Source of the DNA: Flavobacteriaceae bacterium
GTDB lineage: Bacteria > Bacteroidota > Bacteroidia > Flavobacteriales_C > GCA-002722245
NCBI GenBank assembly: GCA_964230605.1
Contig: CAXRIN010000046.1
Coordinates: 11,793-75,792 of the forward strand
DNA length: 64,000 nucleotides
Direction: 5' to 3'
The notes under the pieces are model-generated. The model worked only from the letters and a program-made list of their open reading frames with translations. It ran no database searches and was not told the DNA's origin. Positions 37,791 to 47,335 of the stretch are shown here, piece after piece. The stretch's first letter is position 1. Each line of letters begins with the position of its first letter. The translations under genes and the position numbers were made by a program.

Positions 37791-39083
37791 ATGAGTAATG
37801 ATATAGCAATAAAAGTAGAAGGATTATACAAACAATACCGTCTTGGAGTTATTGGAGCGGATACTCTAAAAGATGATTTAAAACTTTTATGGGGAAAAAT
37901 TCGAGGAAAGTCAATATCTGATTTGTATAATATTGATTCCAACGATAGAATGGTTGGTAATTCCGAATATGTATGGGCTCTTCAGGATATAAATTTTGAA
38001 GTAAAAAAAGGAGAGATTTTAGGGATTATAGGGAAGAATGGAGCCGGGAAATCAACACTGTTAAAGGTTTTGTCAAAAGTTACTGGTCCAACTAAAGGAT
38101 CAATCAAGGTAAATGGAAGGATAGCATCATTATTAGAAGTCGGTACCGGATTTCATCCAGAATTAACGGGGCGTGAAAATATTTTTCTTAATGGCGCCAT
38201 TTTGGGAATGAAAAGAGCTGAAATCAAATTGAAATTGGATGAAATTGTTGATTTCAGTGGAATAGGAAAATATTTAGATACACCAGTAAAAAGATACTCC
38301 TCTGGTATGAAGGTGAGATTAGGGTTTGCTGTTGCAGCGCATCTTGAACCTGAGATTTTAATTGTTGATGAGGTACTTGCTGTTGGTGATGCTGAATTTC
38401 AGAAGCGTTGTATCGGTAAAATGAATGACGTTTCAAAAAATCAGGGGAGAACCGTATTGTTTGTCAGTCATAATATGAGTTCTGTTATGGAACTATGTGA
38501 TAGAGGTTTGTTGATGAAGAACGGAACAGTAGCTCAAACAGGAGCCATTTCTGATATAATTCCAGCGTATTTGAATTCTTTTAAAAGTGAATTTAAAACG
38601 AAAGATTTATATCAGGTTCAAACTCGAACAGGAAATGGGAATATTGTGTTTTATCAATATGATTTATTGGATATTGATGGGAACTCAATTGATTTTGCTC
38701 TTAGTGGACAAAAATTAAGGTTTCATTTACGGCTGAAGGTTAATAAACAGGAAGATTATAAAAGGATTCATTTATCAATGAAATTTGTTGATGAAAATGA
38801 TGTGTCTCTTTTCCATGTATCAAATTCTGTTTCAAATGGTAAAGAATTTGAAGTAGTTCAAGGGAAGGAATTTCTAGATGTATTTTGTGAAATTGAAAAA
38901 CTACCGCTTCAGCCAGGAATTTATAGTTTTCATTTATTTTGTAGTGATTTGCAGAAGGTCTTTGACGAAATCAATTTTGCAGGTGAATTGAAAGTTGAGG
39001 GGGGGAATTTCTTTTCAAGCGGGAAACTTCCTGCTAAGGATTTAGGAACCTTTTTAGTTGAAAATAATTGGATAATTAAATGA
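37791..39083 (+). CDS. ABC transporter ATP-binding protein (Wzt/KpsT/NodI-like) with C-terminal carbohydrate-binding (Wzt-C-like) beta-sandwich extension
   Basis: Start MSNDIAIKVEGLY (internal Met of the tracked ORF; 1 nt after the wzm stop). Walker A GKNGAGKST, signature YSSGMKVRL, Walker B ILIVDE. ~190 aa beyond the NBD, as in Wzt proteins that recognise a terminal glycan modification. Confidence 0.85.
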   Translation: MSNDIAIKVEGLYKQYRLGVIGADTLKDDLKLLWGKIRGKSISDLYNIDSNDRMVGNSEYVWALQDINFEVKKGEILGIIGKNGAGKSTLLKVLSKVTGPTKGSIKVNGRIASLLEVGTGFHPELTGRENIFLNGAILGMKRAEIKLKLDEIVDFSGIGKYLDTPVKRYSSGMKVRLGFAVAAHLEPEILIVDEVLAVGDAEFQKRCIGKMNDVSKNQGRTVLFVSHNMSSVMELCDRGLLMKNGTVAQTGAISDIIPAYLNSFKSEFKTKDLYQVQTRTGNGNIVFYQYDLLDIDGNSIDFALSGQKLRFHLRLKVNKQEDYKRIHLSMKFVDENDVSLFHVSNSVSNGKEFEVVQGKEFLDVFCEIEKLPLQPGIYSFHLFCSDLQKVFDEINFAGELKVEGGNFFSSGKLPAKDLGTFLVENNWIIK

Positions 39084-40213
39084 TTATGAAAGGAAAAAAT
39101 GTTATTATTTTAACAACCTCTTTCACACATGGTGGCGCCGAAAAACATGGGCTATTATTAGCCGATTATTTTAAAAATTCTCTTAATCTTAATGTAGAGT
39201 TTTGGGCCTTTAGGGCCGGAACTAAGGTTTTGAGTGATCAAGCTGAAGGTTTAGGTATTCCAACAAAAGTTATTGGTGCCCCGCCAAGAGTTGGGAGATA
39301 CTTGGGAAAAATTCATAAAGCAAAAGCGGTTAAGGTATTTAAGGATTTTAATCCTGACGTAATTATCGCTTTAAACAGAGAGGCGAATTTATATATAGCA
39401 AATATTGGAAAGCTTACAGGAGCTAAAAGTTTAGTTTGGTCAATTCAAACAGCGTTTGATTGTGAGGACCTTAATGAATCTGAAATTAGATCATTAAATA
39501 ATATTGATCTATTCTTATCAAACTCACAACATGGAATTAAATACATGAGAGATAAGTTCGCTTTGCCCTCTGATAAATTTCATTTTATTAAAAATGGATT
39601 TAGCATGGAAATAATTGAGAATAGTAAGGTTGATTACAGGGCTTTAGTAGGAGCGAATGAAAATGATTTTCTTATCACCATGGTAGGCCATATAGAGGAT
39701 AGAAAAGACCATCTTTCACTTATAAGATCTATTAAACCTTTGAAATCTAAACTATCTTCAAAAGGAATAAATCCTGTTCTTATTTTAGCTGGTAAGTTAG
39801 GAACAGATATTGAAAAGTTAATTGCAGAGACTATAGAATTAGGAGTTTATAGAAATGTTAAGTTTTTGGGGCCCATCAAGAATGTGCCTGATCTGTTGAG
39901 AAATGTTGATTTATACGTTATGTCATCAGTTGTTGAGGGTATGCCAAATGCTGTGATAGAAGCAATGCATTATGGATTACCTATTGTTGCGAATGACGAG
40001 GCAGGTAATATGGAGGCGTTAGATTATAATAACAGAGATTTTATAGCTGAAAGTAATAATCCTGAAAGCTTAGCCGAAAAAATGTCATTTTTAATTTTAA
40101 ATAGAGATAAAGCAATAGAACTAGGGAAAAGGAATGAAGAATATGCCCGAAAGAATTATACGAGTGATAAACTAGGTTCTGATACTTGGAAGGTAATTTC
40201 AAAAAGTATATAA
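39080..40213 (+). CDS. glycosyltransferase family 4 (GT-B)
   Basis: 377 aa. C-terminal GT4 motif EGMPNAVIEAMHYGLPIVAND. Confidence 0.7.
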   Translation: MIMKGKNVIILTTSFTHGGAEKHGLLLADYFKNSLNLNVEFWAFRAGTKVLSDQAEGLGIPTKVIGAPPRVGRYLGKIHKAKAVKVFKDFNPDVIIALNREANLYIANIGKLTGAKSLVWSIQTAFDCEDLNESEIRSLNNIDLFLSNSQHGIKYMRDKFALPSDKFHFIKNGFSMEIIENSKVDYRALVGANENDFLITMVGHIEDRKDHLSLIRSIKPLKSKLSSKGINPVLILAGKLGTDIEKLIAETIELGVYRNVKFLGPIKNVPDLLRNVDLYVMSSVVEGMPNAVIEAMHYGLPIVANDEAGNMEALDYNNRDFIAESNNPESLAEKMSFLILNRDKAIELGKRNEEYARKNYTSDKLGSDTWKVISKSI

Positions 40214-40219
40214 TTTGAT

Positions 40220-42091
40220 ATGTGCGGAATTGCAGGGGTAATTGCTGGTGATGGAGAGAAAGTTTCAAGAGACTTTTTAACCGAATTGGCGAAAACATTA
40301 AATCATAGAGGTCCGGATTCTTTTGGAATTGTAAATAAAGAAAATGTAGGTTTAGTTCATACGAGGCTTGCAATAATTGATTTACATAATGGTCAACAAC
40401 CAATATTCGACGAGTCAGGGAGATACGGTTTGGTTTATAATGGGGAGCTCTATAATTACAAAATCCTTAGAAAGGAATTAATTGGTAAAGGTTATAAGTT
40501 CGACACTAACTCGGATTCTGAGGTTATTTTAATATCATTTATTCATTGGGGGAAAAAATGTGTTGAAAGATTCCGCGGTATGTTTGCTTTTGCTGTGTTT
40601 GATTTTGGAAAAAAGAGTGTTTTTCTTTCAAGGGATCATATAGGAATTAAACCTCTTTGCTATTATAATAAAGATGGTAAGTTTGTTTTTAGTTCAGAAT
40701 TACAAACATTCAATAAGCTATCTTCAATAAAAAAGTCGCTAAATTTAGGTGCATTAGATAATTACCTATGGTTATCTTATATTCCAGCTCCTAAATCTAT
40801 TTATAATGAGGTTCAAAAGTTACCTCCAGCCCATAGAATGGAAGTTTCTTTTGAGGGAGAGATTAAATACGTAGAGCGATATTGGGACGTGAAATATGAA
40901 CCTGATAATTCTCTTACTTTTAATGATTGGATAGATTTTACGCATGAGAAAATAACTGAAAGTATTAAGATGCATCTCGTCTCAGATGTTGGGTTTGGAG
41001 CCTTTCTTTCTGGAGGTATTGATTCGACACTTGTTGCATCGTATATGTCCGAATTGGCTTCAGAACAGGTTAAAACTTTTTCAATTGCGTTTGATGAGGC
41101 AGCTTTTAATGAAATTGATTACGCAAAAGAAGCGAGTGAAGTTTTAGGGTTGGATCATACTTTTAAAATAGTAAAGGCGGATGTTATTGAAATGCTACCG
41201 AAAATAGTTGAATTATATGGAGAACCATATGGGGATAGTTCTGCTATGCCAACATTTTATGTTTCGGAATTGGCTAGAAAAGATGTTAAAATGGTGCTCT
41301 CTGGAGATGGTGGAGATGAGGCTTTTTTGGGCTATAATAGATATAAAGTTTGGGATAAGAAACTAAGGACTAGATTAGGTGTGTCCAAACTTAAGGGTAT
41401 GTTTTTACCTATTGCACACAAATTAAACCCTGATAGATATAGTTCTTTATACCCTAAGGCAACTGCAAAGTCATTTCTCTCAACAATTGACTACATTGCT
41501 GAGGATAGAAGATATTTACTTTGGAAAGACGATTATCATGAATATATTTCCAATCATTGGAAAGATATCGAAGAAAAAATAAAGGTTAAAAAGAGATTAA
41601 ATAATTATAATAAAGGACAATATATAGATTTGCACAGCTATTTACCTTATGACATTTTAAATAAGGTTGATATTGCTAGTATGGCAAATAGTTTGGAAGT
41701 AAGAACTCCACTGGTAGACAAAGATATTTTTGAATTTGCAGGAAAAATACCTCCTAATTTTAATTTACAGAAAAAAAATGGAGTTTTAGAACCTAAGTTT
41801 CTGTTAAAGAAACTACTTGAGAAAAAATTTAGCGATAAGTTTATTTATCGACCGAAATCTGGTTTTAGTTTACCCTTCGATATTTGGTTTAATCCAAATA
41901 ACGGAAAGCTATCTAGCTATATTAGAGAGAGGTTGCTAGATCCTAATGCGAAAATAAATTTGTTTTTTAATTCAAAAGCAATTACTAATATGGTTAATTC
42001 TACTTCAAATAGTGGAGGTACTTCATATAGTGGATCTATTTGGTTACTTTTATTTTTGGAAGAGTGGTTGGAACAAAATAGGATTGATTAA
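40220..42091 (+). CDS. asparagine synthase (glutamine-hydrolysing)-family amidotransferase, copy 2
   Basis: MCGIAGVIAG N-terminus. SGGIDST PP-loop. 623 aa. Divergent paralogue of 16370..18253. Confidence 0.8.
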   Translation: MCGIAGVIAGDGEKVSRDFLTELAKTLNHRGPDSFGIVNKENVGLVHTRLAIIDLHNGQQPIFDESGRYGLVYNGELYNYKILRKELIGKGYKFDTNSDSEVILISFIHWGKKCVERFRGMFAFAVFDFGKKSVFLSRDHIGIKPLCYYNKDGKFVFSSELQTFNKLSSIKKSLNLGALDNYLWLSYIPAPKSIYNEVQKLPPAHRMEVSFEGEIKYVERYWDVKYEPDNSLTFNDWIDFTHEKITESIKMHLVSDVGFGAFLSGGIDSTLVASYMSELASEQVKTFSIAFDEAAFNEIDYAKEASEVLGLDHTFKIVKADVIEMLPKIVELYGEPYGDSSAMPTFYVSELARKDVKMVLSGDGGDEAFLGYNRYKVWDKKLRTRLGVSKLKGMFLPIAHKLNPDRYSSLYPKATAKSFLSTIDYIAEDRRYLLWKDDYHEYISNHWKDIEEKIKVKKRLNNYNKGQYIDLHSYLPYDILNKVDIASMANSLEVRTPLVDKDIFEFAGKIPPNFNLQKKNGVLEPKFLLKKLLEKKFSDKFIYRPKSGFSLPFDIWFNPNNGKLSSYIRERLLDPNAKINLFFNSKAITNMVNSTSNSGGTSYSGSIWLLLFLEEWLEQNRID

Positions 42092-42140
42092 TTTTAAATT
42101 CACTAAACATTCTCTTTGAGGAAGCATAAAAGATAAAAAT

Positions 42141-43052
42141 ATGAAGTCATTATTTATTATAGGATGCCCGAGGAGTGGAACAACATACCTTTTAAGGTTG
42201 TTGGCTTCAAATCAAGAGTTTGCCTGGATAACAAATGAATTAAATAACAATCCTAAAGAATACAATCTATCTAGTCGATTAAATAAATATTCGGGGTCTT
42301 TTTGGAGAAAAAAGCGCTATTTAAACCATGGACAAGGCTCTGGAAAATATCCTTTTTCAGTTGAGCCATGGAAATTTTGGAATACTCATTTTGAGTATTT
42401 TCAATGGAATAAAGGTTTTTCTGATGTACCTGTAAATGCTTTGCCAGAGCATAATTCCCCGAAAGTTATACAAGATGTTCGTAACGGTGTTGAAGAGATA
42501 TTAAAGCACTCAGGAAGACATGCCTTTCTAAGTAAATATACTGATTTCCCAAGGGTTAAATTACTTTTGGAAGCCTTTCCAGAAGCAAAGTTTATCCATC
42601 TGGTAAGAGACGGTAGAGCTGTAGCGAATTCATATTATAAAAAAATTAAATCAGGTGAATTTAATACTTCAAAAGAAGAGTCTAATTGGGTTTCTGCTTG
42701 GCCGAAAGATTGGCAAGAAGAGTATCAAAGCATTGATAATAAGCTTTTAGCTTTTACTTTATATCAATGGAAGTTTTTTGTGGATCAGATTATAGAGGAG
42801 TTAAAAGAAGTAGAGCAGGAAAGAGTATTAGAAGTAAGATATTCAGATTTAGTAAGTGGTACGAGAAAAACTGTGGAGAGGATCATGGACTTCATAGATT
42901 TACCAATTGATAAGTCGATGGATTTCTTTATAGATCATCTTCCTGGGCATGATATGAATTATAAATGGAAAGAGAAATTGTCTGAGGATGAAAAATCTCT
43001 TTATAACTTTATACTTAGAGAAGAAAGATTTATACAATTTTTGGACAATTAA
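42141..43052 (+). CDS. sulfotransferase-family protein (PAPS-dependent, P-loop 5'-PSB + 3'-PB motifs)
   Basis: 5'-PSB-like GCPRSGTTYL. 3'-PB-like HLVRDGRAVANS. 303 aa, cytoplasmic. Confidence 0.6.
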   Translation: MKSLFIIGCPRSGTTYLLRLLASNQEFAWITNELNNNPKEYNLSSRLNKYSGSFWRKKRYLNHGQGSGKYPFSVEPWKFWNTHFEYFQWNKGFSDVPVNALPEHNSPKVIQDVRNGVEEILKHSGRHAFLSKYTDFPRVKLLLEAFPEAKFIHLVRDGRAVANSYYKKIKSGEFNTSKEESNWVSAWPKDWQEEYQSIDNKLLAFTLYQWKFFVDQIIEELKEVEQERVLEVRYSDLVSGTRKTVERIMDFIDLPIDKSMDFFIDHLPGHDMNYKWKEKLSEDEKSLYNFILREERFIQFLDN

Positions 43053-43056
43053 GCTA

Positions 43057-44178
43057 ATGTCTGTTTCCGATAAACATATTGTATTAGTAGTTCCATTTTT
43101 TTCTTTAGGAGGTGCAGAAACTCAAGCTTTCTATATTACTAAAGGCTTTATTGATAAAGGCTTTAAGGTTACCGTATTAGCATTTTCGGAAAAAAGTGGA
43201 TTGCTTAGAGAAAAGCTTTGTAGTGTAGGTGCAAATTGTGATTTGATTCCATTTGATTTAAATTGGATACATATGGGGGGTGTTAAGAAATTTATTGCTT
43301 TATTTAAGTTGATTTTTTTCTTTAGGCGGCTTAAACCTGATTATTTTTTTCCATTTACTTATTATCCTAATATTGTATGTGGTTCAGTTTGGAGATTTAC
43401 ACAAGCAAAAAAATGTTTTTGGAATCAAAGAGGGATAGAGATGAATGAATTTAATTTTATTGAGAAGATAGCTAAGTTTATGAAGCCTAGGTATTTGTCA
43501 AACTCTTATGTGTGTTCTGATTATATTTCACAACGTCATGGTTTAAATGAAAATCCTATGGTAATTAATAATGGAGTAATTGCTAATCCCGTGAAAAACA
43601 ATGCATTAGTTTGGAATCAAAGAATTGGAAAGAAACCAAATGAGATTGTCTTTTCAATGATTGCTAATTTTTACCCAGAAAAAAACCATGAGTATTTAAT
43701 TTCAAACTGGTCTAAGTTTTGTCAAAGAAATGAAGCGGAGAGTTATAAACTAGTTCTTGCGGGATATTCTCCACAAGCTAAACTTTTATGGTTCATAAAA
43801 AGTTTGGTTTACGATGCCAAGCTAAATAATGTTGTTTTTTTGGATAGTACCAATGATGTTTCTGGGTTACTGGCTGTAACTGATTATGCTATTTTAACCT
43901 CTAAGAGTGAGGGGTGTTCCAATTTTGTTTTAGAATCAATGCTTAATAAAGTACCAATTATTGTTTCCAATATTCCTGCAAATAGAGAAATATTTGACGA
44001 AACTTATCCCTATATTTTTTCAATTGAAAAAGGTTTTGAATTAGCTGATCAAATGGAAGCGATTTTAGTTGATGTTAAAAAGGAAGAGTTGGCTGAAAAT
44101 AATTTAAATTTAATTAAGTCTAAATACTCAATTTCAGTTTTACAGAAAAACTATTTTAATATTATTGTTAATGCCTAG
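43057..44178 (+). CDS. glycosyltransferase family 4 (GT-B)
   Basis: Start MSVSDKHIVLVVPF (ATG 43057). GT-B N-terminal pattern. C-terminal E(x7)E-like SEGCSNFVLESMLNKVPI. Confidence 0.6.
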   Translation: MSVSDKHIVLVVPFFSLGGAETQAFYITKGFIDKGFKVTVLAFSEKSGLLREKLCSVGANCDLIPFDLNWIHMGGVKKFIALFKLIFFFRRLKPDYFFPFTYYPNIVCGSVWRFTQAKKCFWNQRGIEMNEFNFIEKIAKFMKPRYLSNSYVCSDYISQRHGLNENPMVINNGVIANPVKNNALVWNQRIGKKPNEIVFSMIANFYPEKNHEYLISNWSKFCQRNEAESYKLVLAGYSPQAKLLWFIKSLVYDAKLNNVVFLDSTNDVSGLLAVTDYAILTSKSEGCSNFVLESMLNKVPIIVSNIPANREIFDETYPYIFSIEKGFELADQMEAILVDVKKEELAENNLNLIKSKYSISVLQKNYFNIIVNA

Positions 44179-45019
44179 CTTAGTGTCCATTGTCATACCG
44201 TTTTTTAATCATGGCCGGTATATTCAAAATAGTATTGAATCAGCCCTTAATCAAACATATAATAATATTGAAGTTATTGTTGTTAATGATGGCTCAAACG
44301 AGGAGCATTCTAGTGTTCTGAAAAAAATAGTGACTAAGTACGATAATGTAAGAATTGTTTTTCAAGAAAATCAAGGGCCTTGTTCAGCAAAAAACAATGG
44401 TGTGGGGGAGGCAAATGGTGACTATATACTTTTCCTGGATTCTGATAATGAGTTATTACCACATTATGTTAAAAGTGGTATGGAATTGTTGTTGTCAAAC
44501 GAAAATGCAAAATGGGCCTTTGGAGATTTTGAATTTTTTGGAGATAAAATGGGGGTGAAAAATCAAGGGTTTGATGATAAAAGAAAAATTATTTTCTCTA
44601 GTCAAATTGACAACTGCATTTTAATTGAAAAGGAAACATTCTATAGCATAGGAAAATTTGATACTCATTTAAATAGGCTTGGGTTAGAGGATTGGGATAT
44701 GATAATCTCTCTTTGCTCGAAAGGTGTACCGTTTGTGAAAATTAACAGTGTAACATTTAAGTATAGAGTAGTTGATGATTCAAGAACAAATATAGAAGCA
44801 AATAAAAATTTAGTAGAAATAAAAGCCTATTTAGCTAAAAAACACTGTAATTTCATTTTGAATAATTATGAGGATTTATTTTATGAAAAAAATAGATTGA
44901 TATCTTCCGTAGATAAAAAAATAGGAAGCTTAATTTTAGCACCGTACCGATTAATCAAGAAGCTTTTTGGAGTCAGTAAGGAAGCGCTGAGAAAAATTGA
45001 TGAGTTAAATAAAGGTTAA
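44165..45019 (+). CDS. glycosyltransferase family 2
   Basis: VSIVIPFFNHGRYIQNSIESALNQTY, VVNDGS and FLDSDN (DxD) motifs. Confidence 0.75.
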   Translation: MLMPSLVSIVIPFFNHGRYIQNSIESALNQTYNNIEVIVVNDGSNEEHSSVLKKIVTKYDNVRIVFQENQGPCSAKNNGVGEANGDYILFLDSDNELLPHYVKSGMELLLSNENAKWAFGDFEFFGDKMGVKNQGFDDKRKIIFSSQIDNCILIEKETFYSIGKFDTHLNRLGLEDWDMIISLCSKGVPFVKINSVTFKYRVVDDSRTNIEANKNLVEIKAYLAKKHCNFILNNYEDLFYEKNRLISSVDKKIGSLILAPYRLIKKLFGVSKEALRKIDELNKG

Positions 45020-45070
45020 CCACTCTTCTTGATGTGAAATCGTTTGAGCTATTAATTTTTTCAATGTACA

Positions 45071-46105
45071 TCAAATAAACAAAAAATCAGCGACTTGATT
45101 GTTGTTCAATTTATGAGGAATATTAGTGCCGGACAACAACTGGTCTTTGTTTTTTAGGGTTTGTTTGATTTTTTGGCAGATTTCAAAAGGGTTATCATAT
45201 GCAGAAACCATGAACTCGCTACTGATAAATTCACTTAATCCAGAGTTATTAGAGTAAAGACAGGGCACTCCAAGGCTTAAGCTTTCCAATACAACCTGTC
45301 CCCAACTTTCAGAATAAGAGCAATACAGGTTGATGTCCATACTACCCAGTAAGGCTAAAAACGCGTTTCTACTCAAACTCTCGTGTACCACAATGCTTTC
45401 ATTTGGTAAAGCGTACTCAAATTCATTTGGTGCTAAAACGTGTACTATACTATTTTCAACCATAGAAGCGGCAACTACTTGAGTATGTCTGTTCTTATTG
45501 TAGGAGGAGTTTCCAAAAACGCCAATATGAATTTTCCCGTCGTTTCGTTTTTGAATTTTTAAATCCTTTGGTAAGGAGAGTTGAGGCAAAACCCTAAAAA
45601 TCTTAGTCTTTGTTTGTTGTTTAAACCAATGATCCAACCCGTCCTTTACAACACCTATTTTCGATATTATACCTGAATTTGCCAATACAATTATGTTTTT
45701 CATTTGTAATTGTCTGTTTATATTTCCTGTCAACTCTGCTAAACCTCCATGGTAGATGACCCCAATTTTGATGTTGTAGTAAACCTTTAATCGGTTGATC
45801 CAGTTGAGACTGTATTGGGGTAAACCAGAAAAAATAATTGATTGGACCTGATTTTTTTTAATTGTATCGAAAAATAAATGAACTTGGTTTTCATCAAGTA
45901 AAGTTCTACTGAATTCCTGAGGCAGTATTACGGATTGTTGTGGAAACATTCCTAATGTGGCGTTTTTAATGCCCAACCAATTTTCTCCAGTGTTCTGTGG
46001 CACGAAAACTAGGGTTGGATACTTTTTCGATAGTGCTCTAACGTTATCCAAAAATTGATCAAACTCAACTTTTGAGAATGTTGATTTTCGCCATCTTTTT
46101 AACAT
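45071..46105 (-). CDS. glycosyltransferase family 1/4-like (GT-B), only minus-strand gene inside the plus-strand locus
   Basis: C-terminal ESWGQVVLESLSLGVPCLYSN motif (E..G..xLE...G.P). 344 aa. Confidence 0.55.
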   Translation of the reverse strand: MLKRWRKSTFSKVEFDQFLDNVRALSKKYPTLVFVPQNTGENWLGIKNATLGMFPQQSVILPQEFSRTLLDENQVHLFFDTIKKNQVQSIIFSGLPQYSLNWINRLKVYYNIKIGVIYHGGLAELTGNINRQLQMKNIIVLANSGIISKIGVVKDGLDHWFKQQTKTKIFRVLPQLSLPKDLKIQKRNDGKIHIGVFGNSSYNKNRHTQVVAASMVENSIVHVLAPNEFEYALPNESIVVHESLSRNAFLALLGSMDINLYCSYSESWGQVVLESLSLGVPCLYSNNSGLSEFISSEFMVSAYDNPFEICQKIKQTLKNKDQLLSGTNIPHKLNNNQVADFLFI

Positions 46106-46147
46106 AGTTCGTCTTTAAGTTTTAAATTTACAACAAATTGTAAACAA

Positions 46148-47095
46148 ATGGAGGTATATGTTGAATTCCCGGAAACTACATTAACCAATGCTATTTTGGA
46201 AGAATGCTACGCTGAAATAGATTTCAAAAGAATAGAAAAAAAATTGGGAATTATTTCAAGAAGAGTAGTGAAGGATGAAACGGCCCTAGATTTAGCTTTG
46301 GAAGCTTGTAGGGAGATAGATAGAGCCGATCTTGGTGAAATAGATTTTGTAATTTATTGTACTCAGTCGCCAGAATACTTTTTGCCATCAACGGCTTGTA
46401 TAATACAAACAAAATTAGGTTTGAAGGATAGTTGTGGTGCTTTCGATTATAATTTAGGATGTTCAGGTTATATATATGGTTTAGCGATGGCTAAGTCGTT
46501 TATTATAAGCGGAGTTGCTTCTAAGGTACTTTTGGTTACTGCAGAGACATATACTAAATATATTCATCCTTCAGATTGGTCAAATCGAGCTATTTTTGGA
46601 GATGCTGCAACTGCATCTGTAATAGGGAAAGATGATATTGATAAAATAGGGGAATTTGATTTAGGAACAGATGGAAAAGGTGCAGAGAACCTAATTATTA
46701 AAGGGGGAGCAGGAAAAGCCAATTTTCATCAGAATTTTGAAAGAGAAAATTGCTTTTATATGAATGGTTCTGAAGTATTTAAATTTACTTTGGAGAATGT
46801 ACCTATAACAGTGAATGAATGTTTAAAGAAAAATAACAAATCAATAGATGATATTGATTTTGTGATTTTTCATCAGGCAAATGCTTACATGCTGAAGAAT
46901 TTAAGAAAGAAAATAAGTGTCCCAGAGGACAAATTTTATGTAAATGTTGAAACAGTAGGAAATACTGTATCTAACACCATTCCTGTAGCTTTGAAGGATT
47001 CACAGGATAGAGGTTTGATAAAGTCTGGCGATTGTGTACTTTTGTGTGGATTTGGAGTAGGTTACTCTTGGGGGACAACAATAATTACAATATAA
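46148..47095 (+). CDS. 3-oxoacyl-ACP synthase III (FabH-like KAS III), dedicated copy
   Basis: Active-site Cys in YNLGCSGYIYGL, His in VIFHQAN, Asn in VGNTVSNT. 315 aa. Confidence 0.8.
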   Translation: MEVYVEFPETTLTNAILEECYAEIDFKRIEKKLGIISRRVVKDETALDLALEACREIDRADLGEIDFVIYCTQSPEYFLPSTACIIQTKLGLKDSCGAFDYNLGCSGYIYGLAMAKSFIISGVASKVLLVTAETYTKYIHPSDWSNRAIFGDAATASVIGKDDIDKIGEFDLGTDGKGAENLIIKGGAGKANFHQNFERENCFYMNGSEVFKFTLENVPITVNECLKKNNKSIDDIDFVIFHQANAYMLKNLRKKISVPEDKFYVNVETVGNTVSNTIPVALKDSQDRGLIKSGDCVLLCGFGVGYSWGTTIITI

Positions 47096-47098
47096 CAC

Positions 47099-47335
47099 AT
47101 GAATAAAGAATCATTTTTCAAGGAGATAGAAGAACTATTAGAGTTAGAAGGTGAATTAGAAACAAACGCTGATACTAGTATTGAAGATATACTAGAAATT
47201 GATTCTTTAGCACATATTACACTTATTTCCTTTGTTAAGGATGAAATAGGAGTGGAGCTAAAAGCTGAAGACTTTTCTGAATTTGAAACTCTTGCTGATT
47301 TGGTAAGCAAAATAGGTGAGGATAAATTCAATTAA
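47099..47335 (+). CDS. acyl carrier protein
   Basis: 78 aa, acidic. Phosphopantetheine-attachment motif EIDSLAHI. Confidence 0.8.
   Translation: MNKESFFKEIEELLELEGELETNADTSIEDILEIDSLAHITLISFVKDEIGVELKAEDFSEFETLADLVSKIGEDKFN

Noticed and set aside
40041-40403. 120-aa minus-strand ORF spanning the GT4/asnB-2 junction
   Set aside because: Leu/Tyr-rich low-complexity translation of the AT-rich antisense strand. Overlaps two supported genes.
45029-45074. 7-bp inverted repeat TTGATGT / ACATCAA separated by 32 nt between convergent GT genes
   Set aside because: The loop is too large and the stem too short and AT-rich for a confident intrinsic terminator. Mentioned only as context in a finding.
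47062-47331. 89-aa Ser-rich ORF antisense to the ACP gene
   Set aside because: Antisense to the acidic ACP gene (mirror of Glu/Asp codons gives Ser/Leu-rich noise).
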